A DNA stretch of 64,000 bases, taken from assembly GCA_900543645.1 (NCBI GenBank), contig UQRZ01000002.1, forward strand, positions 132,969-196,968, in the 5' to 3' direction. Below are positions 58,885-64,000 of the stretch, in pieces. The position numbers and the translations under genes are program-made. This DNA is from an uncultured Collinsella sp. Its GTDB lineage: Bacteria; Actinomycetota; Coriobacteriia; Coriobacteriales; Coriobacteriaceae. The notes beneath the pieces are model-generated. The model did no database searches. It saw only the letters and a program-made list of their open reading frames with translations, and was not told the origin of the DNA. Position 1 is the first letter of the stretch. Each line of letters starts with the position of its first letter.

Positions 58885-58968
58885 TGGTGCGGGCGAAAGG
58901 ACTCGAACCTTCACGGGAATCCCACCAGAACCTAAATCTGGCGCGTCTACCAATTCCGCCACGCCCGC
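58885..58968 (-). tRNA. tRNA-Leu (anticodon TAG), long variable arm, CCA encoded
   Basis: GCGGGCGTGGCGGAATTGGTAGACGCG with anticodon loop TTTAGGT and an extra arm GGTGGGATTCCCGTGAAGG. Confidence 0.85.
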
Positions 58969-59108
58969 ATGAGCGCACAGACTAGGAATGATAGCAGATA
59001 CGAACGACAAGCGCACGCACACGTTTTACAGGCTCACGACCTCACCACGAGTGCGAAAGGCGGGGCGAGTTGCCCCGCCCCGCCCATTACGACTTGTTCG
59101 CCGACCCG

Positions 59109-61940
59109 CTACTCCCCCAGCAGGGCCTTCTCGGGCGTGATCGGCAGCGAGCGCACCTGGTGGCCGGTGGCGTGTGCCACGGCCGAGGCCACGGCGGCGA
59201 GCGGCGTGTTAATGACGACCTCGCCGATCGACTTGGCGCCAAACGGGCCCGTCGGCTCGTAGCTCGGCTCAAAGGCCACGCGAATACTGCCGATGTCCAG
59301 GCGCGTGGGCAGCTTGTAGCTCATAAAGTTGCCGGTGCGCAGGCGGCCGCGGTCGTCGTGCTCGACGATCTCGTAGAGCGCGTGGCCGATGCCCTGGGCA
59401 ATGCCGCCCTCGGCCTGGACGCGCGCGAGTGCCTCGTTGATCACGGTGCCGCAGTCCACAGCCGCCGCGTAGTCCACCACAGTCACCTTACCGGTGGCCT
59501 TGTCGACCTCGACCTCGGCAATGCCGGCCATAAACGGCGGGGGCGAAACGGGCAGGCAGGCAGAAGCATGCGAGGTGAGCGCGTCGCCGCCCGCGATGTT
59601 CTTGACGCACAGGTTGGCAAAGTCGCGCAGCGTGAGGTAGCGGTTCTGCTCGCGCGCGGCACGCTCGTCGGACAGGCGCACGTACTGGCCGTCGAAGACC
59701 ACGTCGGCGGCGTCCACATCCCACATCTGGGCGGCCTTGGCACAAATCTTCTCACGCAGCTCGGTCGCGGCGTTCTTGGCGGCAAGGCCCGTCACGTACG
59801 TGCCCGAGCTCGCGTACGAGCCAGCGTCGAACGGCGACACGTCGGTGTCCACGCCGCGTACCACGATGAGCGAGCTCTCCACGCCCAGCTCCTCGGCGGC
59901 AATCTGCGCCAGGATCGTGTCGACGCCCATGCCGTTATCGGTAGCGCCGGTGCCGATGGTAATGAAGCCGTCCTCTTCCAGGCGCATATCGATGCCGGCG
60001 ATGTCGACATTGGAAATGCCCGAGCCCTGCATGGTGAGCGCACAGCCCAGAGCACGCACGCGGTCGCCCAGGTCGACGGCCAGCGGCTTGTCGCGCCAAC
60101 CGATCATGTCCATCGCGCGCAGCAGGCAGCGGTCGAGTGCGCAGGCGTTGAGCTTTTCGTTGTAGTACTGCGGCATGATCTCGCCCTCGCGCACGATGTT
60201 CTTAAGGCGCAGGTCGGCGGGGTCCATGTGCAGCATGTCGGCGAGCTCGTTAACGGCGCTCTCCACGGCAAACTGGCCCTGGGTGGCACCGTAGCCGCGA
60301 TACGCGCCGCCGCGGTTGGTATTGGTGTAGACAGCGTCCCAGCCAAAGCGGCTCGCCTTCACATGGTTGTAAATCGGCAGGCTCTTGTGGCCCGAAAGGC
60401 CGATCGTCGTGGTGGCGTGCTCGCCGTACGCTCCGGCGTTGGACAGCGTGTGCAGGTCGATGGCCGTGATGGTGCCGTCGTTCATGGCGCCCAACTTGAC
60501 GGTCATCTGCATCTGGTGGCGCGAGTTGCCCGCGGTGATGGTCTCCTCGCGGGTGTAGCAGCAGTAGCTCGGACGGCCAGTCTGCTGGGTGACGAACGCC
60601 ACGAAGATCTCGCAGCAGCCCGTCTGCTTGGAGCCAAAGCCGCCGCCGATGCGCGGCTTAATGACCTGCACCTGCGACTGCGGAATGTCGAGCGACTGCG
60701 CGACCATGCGGCGCACGTGGAAGGGCACCTGCGTCGAGGTGGTCACGGAGATGCGCCCAAACGCGTCGGTCGTCGCGAAGGCGCGGAAGGTCTCCATGGG
60801 CGCGGTCTGCGTGGCCTGGCTGGTGTAGGTGCGCTCAAAGACGATGTCGCTCTGGGCGAAGGCCTCGTCCAGGTCGCCAAAATCGCTGGTACCGCTGCAC
60901 ACCAGATTGCGTGGGACATCGCCGCCCTGCGGGAACATAAAGGTCACGTCGCCCTCGGGGTGGACCACGATATCGTTATCGAGTGCCTGGGTAAAGTCGA
61001 GCAGGGGCTCGAGCACCTCATAGTCGACCTTGATGAGCTTGAGCGCCTTGTCGGCAGCCTCCTCGGTCTCGGCAGCGACGATCGCCACCTCCTCGTTTTG
61101 GTAGCGCACAAGGTTCTCGAGAATCAGGCGGTCGTAGGGACTCGGCTGCGGATAGCTCTGACCGGCGATAGTAAAGCGGCGCTTGGGCACGTCCTCGTAA
61201 GTGTAGACGCCCACAACGCCGGGCACCTTCAGGGCGCGCGACGTATCGATGGAGCGGATCTTGGCGCGGGCATAGGGGCTGCGCTTGAGTTTGACGATCA
61301 GGGCGCCGGCGGGCACCATATCGCCCGTGTAGACGGGACGGCCCTCGAGCAGCGCCTTCGAGTCCTTCTTGGGCTGCTTATGGGTGATCTGCTTGTACGA
61401 GACACCGTCGCAGCTGGTGTCGTTGACCGGCAGCTCGGGCATCTCAAAGCCCACATGCACGCCGGACTCGTTAAGAAAGCGGACGATGGCGCGCAGCTGG
61501 CTCTCATAGCCGCTGCAACGGCAGAGGTTGCCGGCGAGCTGGCGTGAGAGTTCCTCGCGCGTGGCGACGAGGCTCGGGTCCTCCTTGGCGGCGCGTGCAA
61601 GCGCCAGCACGTTCATGATGAGGCCGGGGGCGCAAAAACCGCACTGCTCGGCGCCTTCGGCAGCCATCGCACGGGCAAGCGCCTCGGACTCGGCTTTGAG
61701 GCCCTCGAGCGTGGTGATGGAGCGGCCCTCGATGCGCGCGGCGGGAACCGAGCAGCTCAGCACCGGGTCGCCGTCGAGCCACACCGTGCACAGGCCGCAG
61801 TTGGTGGTCTCGCAGGCGCAGCGCACCGACGAGCAGCCCTGCTCGCGCAACAGTGCAAAGAGCATGGTGTCGGGGGCAATCTGAACCTTGACCTTACGGC
61901 CGTTGAGCGTAAAGGAAAGATCGATGAGTTTGGCAGCCAT
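59109..61940 (-). CDS. Xanthine dehydrogenase-family molybdoenzyme with fused [2Fe-2S] (CoxS-like) and molybdopterin-binding (CoxL-like) domains
   Basis: 943 aa. N-terminal two [2Fe-2S] cysteine clusters (CETTNCGLC, CGFCAPG), then Ald_Xan_dh hammerhead and MoCo-binding domains. Confidence 0.8.
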   Translation of the reverse strand: MAAKLIDLSFTLNGRKVKVQIAPDTMLFALLREQGCSSVRCACETTNCGLCTVWLDGDPVLSCSVPAARIEGRSITTLEGLKAESEALARAMAAEGAEQCGFCAPGLIMNVLALARAAKEDPSLVATREELSRQLAGNLCRCSGYESQLRAIVRFLNESGVHVGFEMPELPVNDTSCDGVSYKQITHKQPKKDSKALLEGRPVYTGDMVPAGALIVKLKRSPYARAKIRSIDTSRALKVPGVVGVYTYEDVPKRRFTIAGQSYPQPSPYDRLILENLVRYQNEEVAIVAAETEEAADKALKLIKVDYEVLEPLLDFTQALDNDIVVHPEGDVTFMFPQGGDVPRNLVCSGTSDFGDLDEAFAQSDIVFERTYTSQATQTAPMETFRAFATTDAFGRISVTTSTQVPFHVRRMVAQSLDIPQSQVQVIKPRIGGGFGSKQTGCCEIFVAFVTQQTGRPSYCCYTREETITAGNSRHQMQMTVKLGAMNDGTITAIDLHTLSNAGAYGEHATTTIGLSGHKSLPIYNHVKASRFGWDAVYTNTNRGGAYRGYGATQGQFAVESAVNELADMLHMDPADLRLKNIVREGEIMPQYYNEKLNACALDRCLLRAMDMIGWRDKPLAVDLGDRVRALGCALTMQGSGISNVDIAGIDMRLEEDGFITIGTGATDNGMGVDTILAQIAAEELGVESSLIVVRGVDTDVSPFDAGSYASSGTYVTGLAAKNAATELREKICAKAAQMWDVDAADVVFDGQYVRLSDERAAREQNRYLTLRDFANLCVKNIAGGDALTSHASACLPVSPPPFMAGIAEVEVDKATGKVTVVDYAAAVDCGTVINEALARVQAEGGIAQGIGHALYEIVEHDDRGRLRTGNFMSYKLPTRLDIGSIRVAFEPSYEPTGPFGAKSIGEVVINTPLAAVASAVAHATGHQVRSLPITPEKALLGE

Positions 61941-62854
61941 TAGCGCACCTCGCTAGAATCGACGCCGGGCACGCGGCGGCAGGAATACTCGTCCGTGGCG
62001 AACTTGGGGATCTGCACGGTCTCGAGCTCGCGGGCAAGCGCGGCCGAAAGCTCGATGCCGGCGGCACGGCGCACAGCCTGGATGGCGAGCGGGGCAGAGA
62101 TGCGGCGGCGGTAGTCGGCCGAGCCCCACAGGTTGGTGCCGTAGCTCAGCGAGCGCACGGATGCGGCCAGGGCGCGAAGCTCGTCCTCGGAAGGATGCTC
62201 GTTCACCAGGCCGCACGCCTCGCCCTGCAGCAGAGTCGCGTGCAGCGGGCGGGCGCCCACGGTGACGTGCCAGGTGTTGTCCCACCAGGCGGCGGTGACG
62301 TTCAGCGAGGGGAAGTCGGTCGCGGCCTTGCGCACGGCCTCGTAGCTCGCGCGGTAATCATGCTTGACGACCACGACGTGCTCGATCACGTCGCGCACAT
62401 AGCCCATATCCACGAACTCCGCGAGCGGCACGCGACCGGCGCCCGTCAGCTCAACATAGGAATCGAGCGCGAGAAAGGCGGAGAGAACGTCCGAGAAGCC
62501 AAAGCGGCCGTAGATGCTGCCGCCCACCGTGGCGGTGTTGCGCAGCTGCACGCCCACGATGTCGTGGACGGCGAACTCAAAGACATTATTGACAAGCGCG
62601 TTGAGCCCGGCATGACGCTCGAGCTGGCGCAGGGTGCACATGGCACCGATGCGAAACTCGGTCTCGGTCTCCTCGATATGATCGAGTCCGCAGGCCGAAA
62701 GGTCAATCGCCGTCGCCACGCGACGCGAACCCAGGCGCATCCAGATGCCGCCGCCCACAATCTTGTTGTTGCGGTTCTTCTGCAAGAGCTCATAGGCTTC
62801 GGCCGCGTTTCCAACACGGACGTAGGTACCGAACTTGAGCACGTTCTCCCCCAT
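61940..62854 (-). CDS. FAD-binding subunit of the xanthine dehydrogenase-family enzyme (CoxM-like)
   Basis: FAD_binding_5-type pattern (IVGGGIWM..., ATVGGSIYG). Overlaps the downstream large subunit by 1 nt. Confidence 0.8.
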   Translation of the reverse strand: MGENVLKFGTYVRVGNAAEAYELLQKNRNNKIVGGGIWMRLGSRRVATAIDLSACGLDHIEETETEFRIGAMCTLRQLERHAGLNALVNNVFEFAVHDIVGVQLRNTATVGGSIYGRFGFSDVLSAFLALDSYVELTGAGRVPLAEFVDMGYVRDVIEHVVVVKHDYRASYEAVRKAATDFPSLNVTAAWWDNTWHVTVGARPLHATLLQGEACGLVNEHPSEDELRALAASVRSLSYGTNLWGSADYRRRISAPLAIQAVRRAAGIELSAALARELETVQIPKFATDEYSCRRVPGVDSSEVR

Positions 62855-62948
62855 CTCTTCACTTGTCCAGTACCTTTAAGTGTACCAAACGAGGGGGCAC
62901 AGCTCGTGTCGGGACAAAATGAACCGTTTTCCTCCGTCGCATGCGGAT

Positions 62949-62983
62949 CAAAAAAGGCTCCCAGCCAAGATGACTGGGAGCCT
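62949..62983 (-). terminator. Intrinsic terminator after gdhA
   Basis: Minus-strand GGCTCCCAG-TCATCTTGG-CTGGGAGCC followed by TTTTTT. Confidence 0.75.
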
Positions 62984-63009
62984 TCTGCGATGCTATGTCG
63001 AGCGAAGAT

Positions 63010-64000
63010 TTAGCAGACGCCCTGGGCGAGCATGGCGTCGGCGACCTTCAGGAAGCCGGCGATGTTGGCGCCCATGACGAAGTTGCCCTCCTCGCCGTAC
63101 TCCTTGGCGGTGTCGTCCACGTTGTGGAACATGCCGCGCATGAGCTGCTCGAGCTTGCCGTCGACCTCCTCGAAGGTCCAGGACAGGTGCTCGGCGTTCT
63201 GGCTCATCTCCAGGCCGGACACGAGCACGCCACCGGCGTTGGCAGCCTTGCCGGGCATAAAGGCGACGCCGTTCTCCTGGAAGTAGGTCGTGGCCTCGAT
63301 GGTCGTGGGCATGTTCGCGCCCTCGCCGACCACCTTGCAGCCGTTGGCGACGAGCGCCTGGGCGTCCTCGAGCAGCAGCGTGTTCTCGCGAGCGCAGGGC
63401 AGCGCGATGTCGCAGGGAAGCTGCCACACGCCACGGCCGTCGCCCTCGTGCCACGTGGCATTGGGCTTCTCGTCGACGTACATAGCGAGCGTGACGCCCT
63501 TGTCGTGGCCAGAGCGCTTCTTGTTATAGACATGCTCGAGCACGGTGTAGTCGATGCCGTCGGGGTCCTCGACCCAGCCGTGGGTGTCGGAGCAGGCCAG
63601 CACCTTGCCGCCGAGCTGGGCGACCTTCTGGACCGCGTAGATGGCGACGTTACCGGAGCCGTGAACGACGACGTTCTTGCCCTCGAAGGACTCGCCGCGG
63701 CTCTTGAGGTACTCGTCCACAAAGTAGACCAGACCGTAGCCGGTGGCCTCGGTACGGGCGAGCGAGCCGCCAAAGGAGAGGCCCTTGCCGGTAAGGACGC
63801 CGGTCCACTCGTTGGTCAGGCGCTTGTACTGACCGAACATGTAGGCAACCTCGCGGCCGCCAACGCCCAGGTCGCCGGCGGGAACGTCGGTATTGGGGCC
63901 AATATGGCGATAGAGCTCGGTCATGAAGGACTGGCAGAAGTGCATGATCTCGTTGTTGGACTTGCCCTTGGGGTCAAAGTCGGAGCCGCCCTTGCCGCCG
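63010..64000 (-). CDS. gdhA: NADP-specific glutamate dehydrogenase (5' end beyond window)
   Basis: C-terminal two-thirds of GDH including the FCQSFMTELYRHIGP and GKGLSFGGSLAR motifs. Frame continues upstream past position 64000. Confidence 0.85.
   Translation of the reverse strand, partial: GGKGGSDFDPKGKSNNEIMHFCQSFMTELYRHIGPNTDVPAGDLGVGGREVAYMFGQYKRLTNEWTGVLTGKGLSFGGSLARTEATGYGLVYFVDEYLKSRGESFEGKNVVVHGSGNVAIYAVQKVAQLGGKVLACSDTHGWVEDPDGIDYTVLEHVYNKKRSGHDKGVTLAMYVDEKPNATWHEGDGRGVWQLPCDIALPCARENTLLLEDAQALVANGCKVVGEGANMPTTIEATTYFQENGVAFMPGKAANAGGVLVSGLEMSQNAEHLSWTFEEVDGKLEQLMRGMFHNVDDTAKEYGEEGNFVMGANIAGFLKVADAMLAQGVC

Noticed and set aside
58708-59022. ORFs 58708..58935 (+) and 58840..59022 (-)
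   Set aside because: They overlap the well-formed tRNA-Leu(TAG) gene and its flanks. There is no coding signal.

Overview
This is a high-GC bacterial chromosome segment; gene content and order suggest Actinomycetota, plausibly Coriobacteriia. It holds dense housekeeping genes on the minus strand: coaBC, nif3, cysteine desulfurase, rpe, gpsA, plsY, der, ispH, plsC, cmk, rluB, scpAB, an ABC-F ATPase, thrS, folC, valS, clpPX, tig, a xanthine-dehydrogenase-family enzyme and gdhA. The exception is a visibly AT-richer variable island at about 18.8-29.8 kb, flanked by a tRNA cluster (Ala-Met-Ala, Val). The island carries a DUF559-like endonuclease-fold protein and a Phd/Doc-like toxin-antitoxin operon with two extra genes, one interrupted by an in-frame TAG. 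It also carries a dCTP-deaminase-fold protein fused to transmembrane helices, an LPXTG surface protein, a KAP-family P-loop NTPase, duplicated ugd 3' fragments and an IS21-like remnant. Downstream lies a roughly 13 kb Wzx/Wzy-type polysaccharide locus headed by a NusG-paralog (UpxY/LoaP-like) antiterminator gene. Its promoter region is bracketed by 19-bp inverted repeats, which makes it a candidate invertible, phase-variable promoter. Several non-coding structures are not explained by the gene calls. These are three exact 80-bp-periodic hairpin units upstream of a glpA-like operon, a three-copy MITE-like element family with terminal inverted repeats, and a covarying hairpin motif on both sides of valS. 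There is also a tandemly duplicated tRNA-Ala cassette, each copy with its own promoter and terminator. The ORF track reports TTG/GTG starts as M, so several starts were re-set to downstream ATG codons with Shine-Dalgarno support.
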